Assembly: GCA_013265495.1 (NCBI GenBank)
Contig: MU058065.1
Span: 9,155,819-9,219,818 of the forward strand
DNA: 64,000 nucleotides
Direction: 5' to 3'
Origin: Vicugna vicugna
Lineage: Eukaryota
Below are positions 63,144 to 64,000 of this stretch, piece after piece. Position numbers and translations under genes: made by a program. Each line of letters starts with the position of its first letter. Within the stretch, counting starts at the first letter, position 1. The notes under the pieces are model-generated. The model worked only from the letters and a program-made list of their open reading frames with translations, was not told the origin of the DNA and searched no databases.

Positions 63144-64000
63144 GGGAATCAAGTACTTGTAAGTCACTGTCAGCCAGACTTCTTTGGCAGCATAGATCCC
63201 TTAATGTTGCTGGCTTTCAAGGTCTGTCCGCTTCCATGGGCTAGTAACCAAAACAAGATAAACTGCCACCCCCTAAGGTTTTGAACCTAGAGCTTGGTCT
63301 GAAAACTTGTCTCTGGGCAATTGGACCAGGCCTTGGTGCTCTGCAGAGTGCCTTAGCTCTTATCAGTGCACCTGGGAACAGATAAGATGCCTAACAAACC
63401 CGCAGAGTGGGAGGTCCTGCCCCTGCACTGCGTCTTCATGGCGGGAGTGCTGTCCTTTTCTCAGGCTGTAGAGATGAAATAGATTCTAGGGACAGGTGAC
63501 TTCTCCTCTGTGTCCCTCGGCTTCAGGCAGAGTGATTCCTCTTAGCAGCATCATATGTCCTCTCTGGCTTTCAGACAGGCCAGTTTCACAGCCGGCATGT
63601 CTTTTGCTTGTAGATCCTTAACGAGTAGCCAACACGTCATCTGGCATCTAAACTTTTCTCAAATTTTTTTAACGTTGTGGACACAAGGTCCAAGTCTTAA
63701 GGCACAACAGACAGTGGTTTAATCAGCTGTTTTGCCATTAAGTACCAAAGATGATCTTGCCAGGCCAAGATAGTAAGAAGGTCCACATGCTTCCACTCTG
63801 TGTCCTTGGCTCAGCCAGTCCACGTTCTTTAGTTTGTTACTTAAAACACTCCACTTCCTTGTGCCAGCTTCCTTTATTGGGTAAGATGCTTTCTGTTGCA
63901 AATAGTAGAAAATCCAACTTAAATAATAGGGAGAATTAATTGGCCTCCTTGACTGAAAGCATGTTAGAGCAGTGGGGTAGGCTTCAGGTGCAGTTTGATC

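Noticed and set aside
1..64000. A novel multi-gene system or foreign insert
   Set aside because: There is no gene-dense, compositionally foreign or operon-like segment. Everything I could read fits ordinary mammalian repeats, a pseudogene and one promoter.

Overview
This is mammalian genomic DNA, most likely camelid: five copies of a tRNA-derived SINE match the tylopod Vic-1 family. I can support no intact protein-coding exon. The listed ORFs are repeat fragments, a pseudogene or chance ORFs. The main landmark is a CpG-island promoter at about 36.65-37.77 kb. It has GC boxes, two candidate + strand splice donors and G-rich sequence downstream, consistent with the non-coding first exon(s) of a + strand gene whose long first intron fills the rest of the window. 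I cannot name the gene. The rest is repeat-rich: a 5'-inverted L1, a processed RPL35 pseudogene, several solo ERV LTRs (two MER41-like, one with a perfect GAS/STAT site), many old L2/MIR/MLT/DNA-transposon relics and a 19-bp minisatellite. I found no convincing new biological system. The best leads are regulatory or mutational: the MER41-like STAT sites, a perfect hairpin in an LTR end, a nested 152-bp mini-LTR, and CTCF and CArG motifs. Repeat family names are from recall, and boundaries of old repeats are approximate.
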